DNA of 64,000 nucleotides from an uncultured Nitrospiraceae bacterium (lineage in GTDB: Bacteria; Nitrospirota; Nitrospiria; Nitrospirales; Nitrospiraceae): contig CAVPLT010000004.1 in assembly GCA_963706325.1 (NCBI GenBank), positions 992,001 through 1,056,000 on the forward strand, given 5' to 3'. Shown here piece by piece: positions 18,698 to 28,390 of the stretch. Below the pieces are notes generated by a model. That model had not been told where the DNA came from. It saw only the letters and a list, made by a program, of their open reading frames with translations, and ran no database searches. The translations under genes and the position numbers were made by a program. Every line of letters begins with the position of its first letter. Positions within the stretch are counted from its first letter, which is position 1.

Positions 18698-19239
18698 TAC
18701 CTGTCCTTCGTGAGGATGGAGGGCGGAAGCTCAACCCTCAACTGTCTGCGACCTCAAGCTGTGTAAGGCACTAGGCATCACACCAAACCAGCTGCTAGAG
18801 AATCACAATCAACGCGCCATGGTTCAAGCCGGACGCCCCTGTAGATGTCACCCCGCCAGTTCTACCCGGCGGAATCAGCACAGAGGCGGCCATTCTTGAG
18901 CAGGTAGAGAATGACACCCTCTAGCCTCCCATCTCTACGGTTCCTGAAGCTGTCGGAAGCGGCGGCCGTATGCCGTGTCTCTCAGGTCTGTATGAAATTG
19001 AGATCAATGTTCAAATATGGGGCTTCCTGTTTGGAGTGGCAGGGCTATACTGGAATTTAGTGCTTGCGAGGACAGTGCGAAACGAGATGGCTGGCGGGCG
19101 GGAGTATCCAGGCAAATAGACGGAGGATATTTGCTACTTCAATTCACTCGAAAGAGCATGATTGCTTTTTACTGCATCGGACTGAAGCCCTACAGTGGAG
19201 AAGTTCTGCCTGTGCACCGATCATCATAAAGTGACCGGC

Positions 19240-19700
19240 GCCACTCCACGGCGGCATCGGATGCGGCTCTATCAATAACCCGCGCTTCGCCTCTCGCGCC
19301 TGCCGTTCTAACTCTCCCAGCTTTAGATCCCTATACTTCCGAAACAACCACGCCAATCCTGCCTTGAGCAATTCTTAATTGAGGCTCCGACCATCCGACA
19401 GGATGACTTCGGCCAGCCGTCGCCCATAGGGTCACGCTTATCTCCATAGACCGTAACATCTTGCCCAAAGGCCAGCTCTGACGTGTAATCCTTGGCTCGA
19501 GTGCCGAGTGGCTGACGCTTCTCGCGGCAGTCCACCCTCATCAAGCGAACTGCTGTCCTCGTGCATCATGCGGAGGGAATCCCAGTAGATGACGCAAACA
19601 CCTTCCCGGTGAACTTGGCATGAGCTGCGATAGAGGCCAGGAGAAATCCCAGCACAAATGGTGCGGTGAACAGGTGAGCATGAGCGAATCGGCTTCTCAT
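19240..19700 (-). pseudogene. Thermonuclease (SNase-like) pseudogene
   Basis: Signal peptide-KFTGKV / VDC.EKRQPLG.RAK..TSELAFG / LKAGLAW.FRKY...ERQAREAKRGL....PMPPW spread over different frames; left boundary approximate. Confidence 0.8.
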
Positions 19701-19826
19701 TGAATCTAAGACCACATCCATGCCCATTCGACACACGAAGGCAGGGTTAGGCGTCTAGCTCCTATGGGGCTGACATAGTATTTCCGAGAGTCAGGTTTGG
19801 CGTAATCCACCTGACATCGCATACAT

Positions 19827-20543
19827 TCAACGCGGCAATGGGGGCCAACCTTTCTCTTCCATGCAGTGCAGGTAAGTAGCGTAAGGACTGGAAAGAGAGT
19901 TCCGGGACTGCTGAATGCATAGAATGTTGTCCAACGCTCGCCGTTCCGCCGGCGGAATACCTCTGTGAGTTTGGTTATCGTAGCCGGCCTCAAACTGGCT
20001 GGTGGTCGAAGGGGGCTTAAGCGGGACATCGCCTGACGGGAGGTTTTCCCTGGGCAGGACATTGTCGGTCGGAGCGGAGGTCGCCGTTGATCGAGGAGCT
20101 GCCACGTGGGTTTCATGCGGGACATTGTCCGTGCCGGCACGTGGGCTCGGATCGATTGATGCGCAATGCGGATACCCGAAAGGGTCCGTAACGACTCGTT
20201 CTGACGGACACGGTCCTTGATTGGCACTTTCCTGGTGAGGCGAGGGGGGTACCAAGGGCTGTAATTTAACCCACTCGTATCCACGGGAGACCATGCATCT
20301 GCCGTAGAGATTTGAACCCAGATGGGACGCGGATGGGTGTCTGGCTACGATCGTGTCACCCCCAGGAGTTTGGTTCATGGACACTTGTTCCAGGCCCTGA
20401 CTCGCACATTCCCCAGAATCTCGACGATAATCCGCGTCTTGCGATGTCTCAGTGAGACCTGGTTTCATCCAGTACCCTTGTTCCAGCGGTTGGCATGAAG
20501 CCGCGTGTAGCGCCGCGAGTAGGAAAGCTATCACACCGCGCAT
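19827..20543 (-). CDS. Putative lipoprotein with two Cys-pair repeats
   Basis: MRGVIAFLLAALHAASC lipobox-like start; C...CMVSRGY and C...CMEEKGW repeats around a Pro-rich linker. Confidence 0.65.
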   Translation of the reverse strand: MRGVIAFLLAALHAASCQPLEQGYWMKPGLTETSQDADYRRDSGECASQGLEQVSMNQTPGGDTIVARHPSASHLGSNLYGRCMVSRGYEWVKLQPLVPPSPHQESANQGPCPSERVVTDPFGYPHCASIDPSPRAGTDNVPHETHVAAPRSTATSAPTDNVLPRENLPSGDVPLKPPSTTSQFEAGYDNQTHRGIPPAERRALDNILCIQQSRNSLSSPYATYLHCMEEKGWPPLPR

Positions 20544-21060
20544 GGTGCCTGGGGTCGCTTGGGCAACGGTCCTTGCTGGCTTGACCGTATCTGGGTCATG
20601 CCAAGCCCCAACGTGATGATGTCCTGTATTCACGAATAAAGTATAAACCCCCCTCTAGGCCATGCACCACCTTTGGGGTGCTTTGATCGAGTTTCCTCGC
20701 CGAAGAGTGTCTCGACGGTTGCTCACGGACGTTTGTCGCCGTTCCTTCGGCAGCCCCTACCACTCACCGGTACCGGTATATGGTGATGTGATATGGACTG
20801 GGCCGACCACCTTGCCAGTCCCAAGCCAGCATCTGCCCCTCACGAAAATGACTATGACTTCCAAGACCACAGATTCCTATGGGAAACGTGCGGTTAAATC
20901 AAAAGGCAATAACAGCAGAGAGGGCGTTGCGCGTAGGCAAGGGTTCGCATCGTGACCTGCTATGCATCGTGCGCCAATTTTATTGAAGACATACAAAGAT
21001 GTAAGAACATACGTCGCATATTCTCGTGATCTCCTTAAACCTTCATGAAAGGACCGTCTA

Positions 21061-21737
21061 ATGATCATGCGTTCTGCTCGCCCGAGGAACAGCTTGTCCG
21101 CAATGTTGTGCGGGCTCATCGTCCTGTTGACGTCTGGTGCTTTGGCAGGCGATGGAGTCAGCCCGTATCTCGGCCTCTACGGAGGCATGGCGTTCCCGGA
21201 ATCACTTCACGATGTGCAAGGGCGAGGGAATCTGAGCGAGTTCAGCTTCTCGGATTTCGGCCTGAAATCGGGGCCTGTGGTAGTCGGGAAGTTTGGAATT
21301 ACGGGGCGAGGGAGCGATTCACTGGCTCGATGGCTGGGCTAGAAATTGATGCTTCCTATATACAATCGAAAATCAAACAACAGAACTCCCAAGTGTCATT
21401 CGCTGGACTCACTGGGACGCTTCCCATTGACGAAACAAAAATTCAGTTAATTACGGGCGCGTTACACTTAATTGCCAAGTACCAGATGGCCCGGTACAAT
21501 CTTATCGGAGCTGGACCGGCTGTGGTACATGCCCGAGTGCTGGATCAAATACCTTCAACTCCAGTAGCACTATTACGTTGAGCCTCTCAGCTGTAGGAGG
21601 TCTGCGTTTCATGGTCTCAGAGCACATCGGGCTGTTTGGGGAATACAAGGTACATCCGGGCGTCACTGAAGGGTGATGATCTCGAAGCCGATGCCGCTGT
21701 TCATGCCACCGTAGGAGGTGTTAATTTTGCTTTCTGA
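21061..21737 (+). pseudogene. Outer-membrane beta-barrel protein pseudogene
   Basis: Signal peptide-PYLGLYGG.AFP; other frames give LEIDASY, GAGP, GGLRF..SEHIGLFGEYK and a terminal GGVNFAF* (C-terminal Phe); several frameshifts. Confidence 0.75.
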
Positions 21738-21859
21738 TTAGTTTGTGTCGATGCGGCTGTCCCGGTCCGCCGGTCAAAAGCACAGGCCCCGGGACATGCC
21801 ATCGCCACTGAGATCTTTGATGCCGCCATCGACGGTCCCGCGTAATTACTGTATCTCTA

Positions 21860-22537
21860 TTACGGGCTCGGGTTCGTGTCTTGTCTTGCGGTGGCTTGGA
21901 CCAACGACGCTCGAAATGAACTGTCGGAAGTCCATTCGATAAACTGGTTCATAATATTCGTAAGACTTTGCGCCATGGCGGTTTCGAAGGCACCCGCGCA
22001 CCACCCGAACCAACAACTTTTCCTTTCCTTCCGGAGCCAAGACCTTCCAGTCGATCTGACGCCCGTCGGGGGTCTAAAGCGCGAAAACCAGGCTGGTGCG
22101 CCCCTCAATTGGCACATAGAGATGCCAGTAACCCCACATTTCGTAAGCAAACTGTTCGATTTTACATGGATGACAGGCCCAGGATATGAACGTGCTTCCT
22201 GGGTAGTGATAACCCGCACCTCATACCGCGCTTTTTCCAGAGCCGTTTTTGCCAGCTCAACCATTTTCTCTTTGGGAGGCATATTGGAGGAGATAGGCGC
22301 CAACTCTGCCTTGAATGCGGTTCACAGAGCTTTTCCGACAGCCGGTGAACCGGGATACTGATCTCCTGCTTCATTGTGAAGGAGAATCCGGCATTGAACA
22401 ATTTGCTTGGGAGGGGCTAGCTCCTTGGTCCGCGGGGCCACGGTGGTGCCTCCCGCTCCCACACAGCCTGTGAGGGCAGCGAAGGCGAGAGCGAATCCTG
22501 TCAGAAGGAAGAGATGGGCCGCGGGGGATTGACTCAT
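21860..22537 (-). pseudogene. Interrupted lipoprotein gene
   Basis: GAGGTG RBS and LTGC lipobox; in-frame TGA at 22322-22324, with the frame continuing to 21860; extra frameshifts likely. Confidence 0.5.
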
Positions 22538-22629
22538 GTCACACCTCTTTCGTGTTGACTGGGCTGTCCTCGCTTACCGACTGTTGAATTTCACCACGAC
22601 CTCCCCAGGTCTTTCGAGACCTCCATGTT

Positions 22630-22960
22630 GAGCGACAGCTAGACACAGCGGCAAATGGATCGGACGAAATCCCCGCGTGGATCTTTTGCAGTGAAACTGA
22701 TGGCTGTTTAGACCCTGACAATCTTCGCAAGCGGTTTAAAGCCCTCATCAGCAGATCAGGCTTGCGGCGGTTCGTTTTCATGACTTTCGCTACACATTTG
22801 CCTACTACACCTGCAACAAGGTGAGAGCCCGGTCTATGTGAAAGAACAGATGGGGCATTCATCTATACAAGTGACGGTCGATCTGGTCGGGCATTTGATA
22901 CCAGGCGGGAACAAGCAGGCGGTAGATCGGTTAGACAGACCAAGTTTTCAAACGGCTGAA
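22630..22960 (+). pseudogene. Tyrosine integrase C-terminal remnant
   Basis: WIFCSE..GCLDPDNLRKRF...SGLRR / RFHDFRYTFA / QQGESPVYVKEQMGHSSIQVTVDLVGHL; frameshifted, catalytic Tyr apparently lost; next to the att copy at 23143. Confidence 0.85.
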
Positions 22961-23141
22961 CAAGGGAAATACCACGCGGGCCTTCCCACACGGGATGAGC
23001 CGCGCTCATTTTTTCGTCCGGCACCCGATGAATGGGGCCTCCCGGGAGAGCAAACATATGAGAATTAGTGCGTGAGTGCCACCCAGCCGCCACCCACTGA
23101 ATGGAGTAGGGGGGCAGAGAGAAGGTAAGTATTGGATAGTA

Positions 23142-23187
23142 TTGGAGCTGGCGAAAGGAATCGAACCTTCAACCTGCGGTTTACAAA
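23142..23187 (-). repeat. att direct repeat (3' half of tRNA-Thr TGT)
   Basis: 46 bp identical to 26456-26501, ending in the anticodon loop. Confidence 0.95.
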
Positions 23188-23734
23188 TCAGTCACGGGGA
23201 GGTTGCTCAAGCCGTTGGTGACATGGGCAATCTCCTCTCCCACAGTGGGAACCGTGTCGAATGGGCAGTAGGACGAGCTTGTTTCTCTTTGTCGCTCGGT
23301 GAGGGTGTTTGTCTGGCTGCGTAACACCTATTTAACACCTGATCGCGGCTAGGGGTGTCACCGTTTAAAAAGGCGGGGGGTACCGGGGGATTTTTGTTCA
23401 CACAAACGGGGTTGAGGGTTTGTGCATGACAAGTCAATTATTCGCCGTTTTGGGTACGGGAGGGTCTTGAGTAAAATAGGACGGCAGTGGACCTAAGACC
23501 AACACATAAGACCCCATGTTTCACTTTTCCCACAAAACCGGACGAGCTGTTTCTAGACTTGCTTCATGAAGCCTTGGATCACGAATTGAAGCGCTTTGGA
23601 CGTGTGCGAAGGCGGTGAAGGCCGCGAAGGGATACACCGTCAAAGCGTTAGAGAACTGTCCCTGTCAGCATCGAGCGTGCGAGGTGGATTGAGTATGAGC
23701 CGGTGTTCGCGTGTTTGGAACGGGGAAATTGGCC

Positions 23735-23944
23735 TTAGTGATATTTGGCCGCGGAAGCGCCGTCGTAGTCATTGCCTGAGGGGCCGCACCGTTCGCGAAA
23801 GAACTCACTCTTTGCGCATTGAGCGACCAGCGAAACAACATAGAACTCGATCATCTCGCATTCCTCATCTTTCAGCGGGGCTCTCAGTGTGGGAGACAGC
23901 AGAGCCTCGGATGCTCGGATAAACTCTCGAAGCTCTTTTCGCAT
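23735..23944 (-). CDS. Small hypothetical helical protein
   Basis: GAGGT RBS; MRKELREFIRASEALLS...EFYV; similar to the ORF at 24028-24198. Confidence 0.6.
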   Translation of the reverse strand: MRKELREFIRASEALLSPTLRAPLKDEECEMIEFYVVSLVAQCAKSEFFRERCGPSGNDYDGASAAKYH

Positions 23945-24027
23945 GTTGTCAGATTACCTCTTCTATCATTGAAAGCACGATTATTCGCAATATCGGAAGG
24001 CCCTCGTGGAGCGATCTACTGGGGCCT

Positions 24028-24198
24028 CTACTCATCCTTGCAAGCGATGAGAGCCTTGCAGCGATCCATCAGGGCCGATGCGTAGTAACAAAAGACGGAG
24101 TATTCCACGATGTTCATGGGTGGTTTGTCGTCCAGGGTAGATACCAGGGACTCACACAGGCGCGCGAAGTCTTGGAGTTCTTGACGGACGTGTTCCAT
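24028..24198 (-). CDS. Small hypothetical protein (56 aa), paralogue of 23735-23944
   Basis: Hand translation MEHVRQELQDFARLCESLVSTLDDKPPMNIVEYSVFCYYASALMDRCKALIACKDE*. Confidence 0.55.
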   Translation of the reverse strand: MEHVRQELQDFARLCESLVSTLDDKPPMNIVEYSVFCYYASALMDRCKALIACKDE

Positions 24199-24294
24199 TT
24201 ACCACACCAGCCACGTGAGCATTACAACCCAAAGCAACAACGCCGCCACCACCGCCGCCACCGCGCTTCTTAACAAGTAATCAGGGTTATCCAT
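24199..24294 (-). CDS. 31-aa single-TM peptide
   Basis: MDNPDYLLRSAVAAVVAALLLWVVMLTWLVW*; purine-rich RBS; its stop abuts the next ATG. Confidence 0.4.
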   Translation of the reverse strand: MDNPDYLLRSAVAAVVAALLLWVVMLTWLVW

Positions 24295-24472
24295 TCCTAT
24301 GCCCTGTCCTTCCTTGAGGATGAGGTCAACCGGCACAGTGGAACACGGCAGGCTTGGAAGTGTCGATGTGTCTAATGAGGAGTTGCCAGAAGTACGTAGA
24401 AGAACAGAACAAAGGGCGCGTGAGAGACGCGGCACTGGGGGGTCAAAACAAAAGGGAGAGCATAGCCAGCGA

Positions 24473-24877
24473 TTACCGTTGCCTTAAATATTCTCGCACT
24501 CGCTCTACGATGACACGGTCGTGGTCGATCATTTTTAAGGCATGTGTGTCGTCGGGGGAAAACCATCCCATCGCCTGTCCTTCCCCTAAGTGAAGGGGTT
24601 GGTTTTGATACTGTTCAACAAACACATATTTCGTGTTCAGATCCTCGCCATTTCGCACTGTCTGTGCCATGAGAAAGTACGGGATTTGTACGTGGAAGGA
24701 CAGTTCCTCCAGCGCCTCACGTTTCAGTGCCTCCATTGTGCTTTCTCCAGCTTCGATACCACCTCCAAAGAACGCCCAGTGGTTTGGCAGACTAAACGCA
24801 TCGGGGGTGCGATGTTGAAGGAGTATCTGACCTGTAGTGGTATAGAGAATCAAAAGGGACACATCTCGTACAGCCAT
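24473..24877 (-). CDS. NUDIX hydrolase
   Basis: Nudix box GGIEAGESTMEALKREALEELS. Confidence 0.92.
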   Translation of the reverse strand: MAVRDVSLLILYTTTGQILLQHRTPDAFSLPNHWAFFGGGIEAGESTMEALKREALEELSFHVQIPYFLMAQTVRNGEDLNTKYVFVEQYQNQPLHLGEGQAMGWFSPDDTHALKMIDHDRVIVERVREYLRQR

Positions 24878-25039
24878 TCTTTAACATAGCGTGAAAATTG
24901 CGGGGAGAGAAGGCTATCAACTCAACTTGGCGAGTGACCGTCATACTCGACAAGGGAATTGCCTAGCATACTGTAGCCGCTCGCCATGAAAGAATGACGC
25001 GGTAGAGATTCCCATCGACCTTTACAGAGGAGGTCAAAG

Positions 25040-25150
25040 ATGCCTTCCCTTGATTTCTCCCATATGGCGGAATGGCCCGTTTATACCTCTATCGCGCTTT
25101 CGTTGTTCTATATCATCAACGCTCAAGTGCAGGACCGTTGGTATAATTAG
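25040..25150 (+). CDS. 36-aa putative membrane peptide
   Basis: Strong GAGGAGG RBS; MPSLDFSHMAEWPVYTSIALSLFYIINAQVQDRWYN*. Confidence 0.4.
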   Translation: MPSLDFSHMAEWPVYTSIALSLFYIINAQVQDRWYN

Positions 25151-25218
25151 GACGATTCCAATTGAATCGCTAATCTCGCCCGTCCTCGTGCCCTACATTC
25201 CAGGAAGGGAGGCTACGC

Positions 25219-25608
25219 ATGGCTAAGGGACATCTACACTCCATAGAGGGGCATTCTTACGTCCGCGCATACAACCGTCTGCCAATAGAAGGGCGCATGT
25301 ATTTCTCAAGCGACGATAGGGAGGGTACTGGTACCGTGCAAGATGTCTCAGTCGGTGGATGGCGCGTACGGAGCGTCCACACCCATGTGAAGCCTGGTGA
25401 CGCCGTGACGTTCTTTGTGACGTTCCCCGATCATCAACAAGCTGTCCTAGTGGATCAGGCCAAAGTCTGTTGGAGTCGAGGCGATGAGTTCGGGCTAGCT
25501 ATTGGAAAGATCACGATGCAAGATGCTAAACGCCTGAAAGGCTATATCTCCGCCCATCTTAAGGTTGACGACGAGATACAAAATAGGCTTCCACTGGTAT
25601 CGGGATGA
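25219..25608 (+). CDS. PilZ domain protein (c-di-GMP binding)
   Basis: RAYNR (RxxxR) and DVSVGG (DxSxGG); GGAGG RBS. Confidence 0.88.
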   Translation: MAKGHLHSIEGHSYVRAYNRLPIEGRMYFSSDDREGTGTVQDVSVGGWRVRSVHTHVKPGDAVTFFVTFPDHQQAVLVDQAKVCWSRGDEFGLAIGKITMQDAKRLKGYISAHLKVDDEIQNRLPLVSG

Positions 25609-25735
25609 TAACCCCGCTGTTACCTTGGAAGTTCGGGAGGGGCTGAGAAAACGCGGCCTTTGAGTAACTTCCAAGCCAATTCTGGGAAGACGGGTGGCCA
25701 GACAACGGACAATGCGTTTGTTTCAGTAACTCCTG

Positions 25736-25936
25736 ATGATATGGACCATCAAAACACCGACCAAACCCGGATGGTATTGGTTCCAACCGCACAACATGAA
25801 GCCTCGCGTGATTGAGTTGATCGCGGAGCATGAGCCACCGCGTTTACTCATCGCGGAATCGTCCACTCGGGTCGATGATTTTGAAAGTAGTATGTATCGG
25901 TGGGCAGGACCGCTGGAGTTACCGGAAGAGCAGTGA
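25736..25936 (+). CDS. Small phage-type hypothetical protein
   Basis: WT..TPTKPGWYW...WAGPL..P pattern I associate with phage/island ORFs. Confidence 0.55.
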   Translation: MIWTIKTPTKPGWYWFQPHNMKPRVIELIAEHEPPRLLIAESSTRVDDFESSMYRWAGPLELPEEQ

Positions 25937-26041
25937 AACATCTGGACGCCTTTCCAACATCAGGTACAGCACACTTCCCTCGGCAAAAATCTGAAGGCTT
26001 CTAAAGCCGCCCCCTGGCAAGGCACCAATAAGCTCGGTGCG

Positions 26042-26180
26042 CCTCTCACGAAGGACCGTTACGGACGCACCGTCGCAACTGTCACCTTACCTAATGGCGT
26101 CCAACTGCACGAGGAACTTGTTCGGCAAGGCATGTGCTGGTGGTTCAGGAAGTATGCGCCGAACGAACAGAGACTAAGAG
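26042..26180 (+). pseudogene. Thermonuclease (SNase-like) internal fragment
   Basis: KDRYGRTVATVTLPNGVQLHEELVRQGMCWWFRKYAP. Confidence 0.8.
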
Positions 26181-26451
26181 AGCAACCGCCAAGAAAAGGG
26201 CAGGCGTGACCAGCTTCCGCTTCCATGACCTACGCCATTGCGCAGCCACCAACCTACGTATGGCAGGAGTGGACACAGCAACCGCGATGCGGATCGTAGG
26301 TCACAAGTCTGAGAGGATGTGGCAGCGGTACAATTCGATAGAGGAGAAAGACTTACTGACGGCAGCCTCTAAACTCGACAAGTACATCCAGCTTAACACC
26401 GTATTAACACCTGCCACTTTATCTGCTTCCGTTGATTCTGTAAGTGCTTGA
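26180..26451 (+). pseudogene. Tyrosine integrase C-terminal fragment
   Basis: AGVTSFRFHDLRHCAATNLRMAGVD...IVGHKSERMWQRY (HxxR, H and Y retained); N-terminal part missing. Confidence 0.9.
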
Positions 26452-26456
26452 AAGGT

Positions 26457-26532
26457 TGGAGCTGGCGAAAGGAATCGAACCTTCAACCTGCGGTTTACAA
26501 AACCGCTGCTCTGCCAATTGAGCTACGCCAGC
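26457..26532 (-). tRNA. tRNA-Thr (anticodon TGT), CCA encoded
   Basis: GCTGGCGTAGCTCAATTGGCAGAGCAGCGGTTTTGTAAACCGCAGGTTGAAGGTTCGATTCCTTTCGCCAGCTCCA folds as a 76-nt cloverleaf. Confidence 0.98.
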
Positions 26533-26686
26533 CTACCTCACATTGAAAAACCAAGATCTCATCGGAGAGATCATAGCGAATAATTCGGAACCCTACAATT
26601 CTTCTGCCGACCTGTCAAGATGCAGCTCTGCTCACAAAAAAATGCGGTGGCTCAATCGTCGGACTCAACGCGGTACTTAGTTTTGC

Positions 26687-26715
26687 TTGAATAAAGTTTG
26701 AATTACCAATAAGCT
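26687..26715 (+). promoter_or_regulatory. Sigma70-like promoter for the flagellar master regulator
   Basis: TTGAAT-N17-TAAGCT. Confidence 0.35.
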
Positions 26716-26800
26716 GACTTTATTCTGAGGGCGTCCAGACTTTTGGTTTGCCACTGAGAACCCTGGTGAGCTTTTCGGGCCTGAGAGAGGGGTGCCATCC

Positions 26801-28216
26801 ATGAGTCAGTCACACATTCTTGTGATCGATGATGATCCTGCTGTCCGGCAGGTCCTTTCCGAAACGCTGGCCAATGAAGGGCATCAAGTGACCTTGGTAT
26901 CCAGCGGTCTTGAGGGTGTGGAGGCTGCCAAGGATCAGCCGGTGCATGTGGTGTTGACGGATCTGCAGATGCCTGGTATCGACGGATTGGAAACCATCGA
27001 CCGGATCTCCAAGGTCGATTCCAAGATTATCGCGATTGTGATGACCGGCTATGGAACGATCGACTGCGCGGTGCGAGCGATGAAAGCCGGCGCGTTTGAT
27101 TTCATCACCAAACCGTTCGAGCCGGATACGGTGACCGTGGTCGTCAAAAAGGCTTTGGATGTGTACAAGCTAAAACAGGAGAACCATCTTCTTCGAAAAG
27201 CCGTACGGGACCAATATCGGCTGGAACATTTGGTGGGGACCAGCGCGCCGATGCGCATGGTGCTGGATTTCGTGGAAAAAGTTGCCGACAGCGACAGCAC
27301 CGTACTGATTGAGGGCGAGAGCGGGACCGGGAAAGAATTAATCGCCAGAATGTTGCATTTCAACAGCATGCGCCGGGATCGACCGCTCGTGCCGGTGAAC
27401 TGTGGCGCGATTCCCGAAACGCTGTTGGAATCAGAACTATTTGGCCATGAAAAGGGCGCGTTCACAGGAGCGGCCCATACCAGGCTTGGACGTTTCGAAT
27501 TAGCTCATGGTGGAACCATTTTTCTGGATGAAGTCGGCGAAATGAGTTTGTCGCTGCAAGTAAAATTGCTCCGAGTATTACAGGAGCGATGTTTTGAACG
27601 AGTCGGGGGCACGCGAACGATCAATGTGGATGTCAGGATTATCGCAGCCACAAATCAGGACTTGGCGTTGGCCGTCCAGGAGCGGCGCTTTCGACAGGAC
27701 TTGTACTATCGACTTCACGTCATTCCCATTCACATCCCTCCCCTGCGAGAACGACGCAGTGATATTCCGCTTCTCGTCAACCATTTTATTGCTCAATTCA
27801 ACCAAATGCGCCGGACAGAGATTCTCGGCATGGAGCCGGACGCGTTGGCGCGCATGACGGAAGAAGAATGGCCGGGCAATATCCGGGAGCTGGAAAATAT
27901 GATCGAACGCCTGGCGGTCTTGAAAAAGAAGGGCTGGATTACCGTGAGTGATCTGCCTGAGAGTCCCCTCAAGATGACGGCGGGAAAAACCAACGAGGCG
28001 CCGGAGCATTTCATTCGTTTTTCCGAAGATGGTATCAATCTGACGAAGGAGCTGGAACATTACGAAAACCGGCTCATTGGCGAAGCGTTGCGCAAGGCAA
28101 ACGGAATTACCAGCCGGGCCGCACAGCTGTTACAGGTCAACCGAACGACATTGGTCGAAAAGTTAAAACGCAAAGGGTTTGACCCGAAGAGTCACGGCTA
28201 CTCGATTCAAAACTAG
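26801..28216 (+). CDS. Sigma54-dependent response regulator (REC-AAA+-HTH), FleQ/FlrA-like
   Basis: REC DDD/D/T/K, GESGTGKE, GAFTGA, WPGNIREL, Fis HTH NRTTLVEK; heads the flagellar cluster. Confidence 0.9.
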   Translation: MSQSHILVIDDDPAVRQVLSETLANEGHQVTLVSSGLEGVEAAKDQPVHVVLTDLQMPGIDGLETIDRISKVDSKIIAIVMTGYGTIDCAVRAMKAGAFDFITKPFEPDTVTVVVKKALDVYKLKQENHLLRKAVRDQYRLEHLVGTSAPMRMVLDFVEKVADSDSTVLIEGESGTGKELIARMLHFNSMRRDRPLVPVNCGAIPETLLESELFGHEKGAFTGAAHTRLGRFELAHGGTIFLDEVGEMSLSLQVKLLRVLQERCFERVGGTRTINVDVRIIAATNQDLALAVQERRFRQDLYYRLHVIPIHIPPLRERRSDIPLLVNHFIAQFNQMRRTEILGMEPDALARMTEEEWPGNIRELENMIERLAVLKKKGWITVSDLPESPLKMTAGKTNEAPEHFIRFSEDGINLTKELEHYENRLIGEALRKANGITSRAAQLLQVNRTTLVEKLKRKGFDPKSHGYSIQN

Positions 28217-28243
28217 CTTCTCCCTCATCGCCCCTCGCCACAC

Positions 28244-28376
28244 GTCAACTTCTTGACCAGGTTTTTTACAAGCCTGTTGTATTTTCTGACACCGTCGGTC
28301 GATCGCTATGTAGAACCTCATTATTTTGGGAGGTGATAGTCATTTTTGATCACAGGCCGGGGGCATGAGACTTGCT
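28244..28376 (+). promoter_or_regulatory. Sigma54 promoter with upstream GTCA-N6-TGAC box
   Basis: GTCAACTTCTTGAC at 28244-28257; GGGCATGAGACTTGCT (-24/-12) at 28361-28376. Confidence 0.6.
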
Positions 28377-28390
28377 GATTTGCTCCCTCT

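Larger units (their letters stand above)
11515..23142. mobile_element. Decayed tRNA-Thr-integrated genomic island (distal, probably mosaic)
   Basis: Bounded by att copies at 11515 and 23143; contains integrase and excisionase pseudogenes and accessory cargo. Confidence 0.75.
23143..26456. mobile_element. Decayed ~3.3-kb tRNA-Thr island (proximal)
   Basis: Flanked by a perfect 46-bp direct repeat; integrase remnant next to the tRNA; paired TAACACC repeats at both ends. Confidence 0.85.

Noticed and set aside
22322..22324. In-frame TGA as selenocysteine or readthrough
   Set aside because: No redox motif context or evident SECIS; neighbouring genes are pseudogenised.
23370..23400. G-rich GGGGGGTACCGGGGGATTTTTG as a phage packaging site
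   Set aside because: No terminase or capsid genes in the window; the resemblance alone is insufficient.
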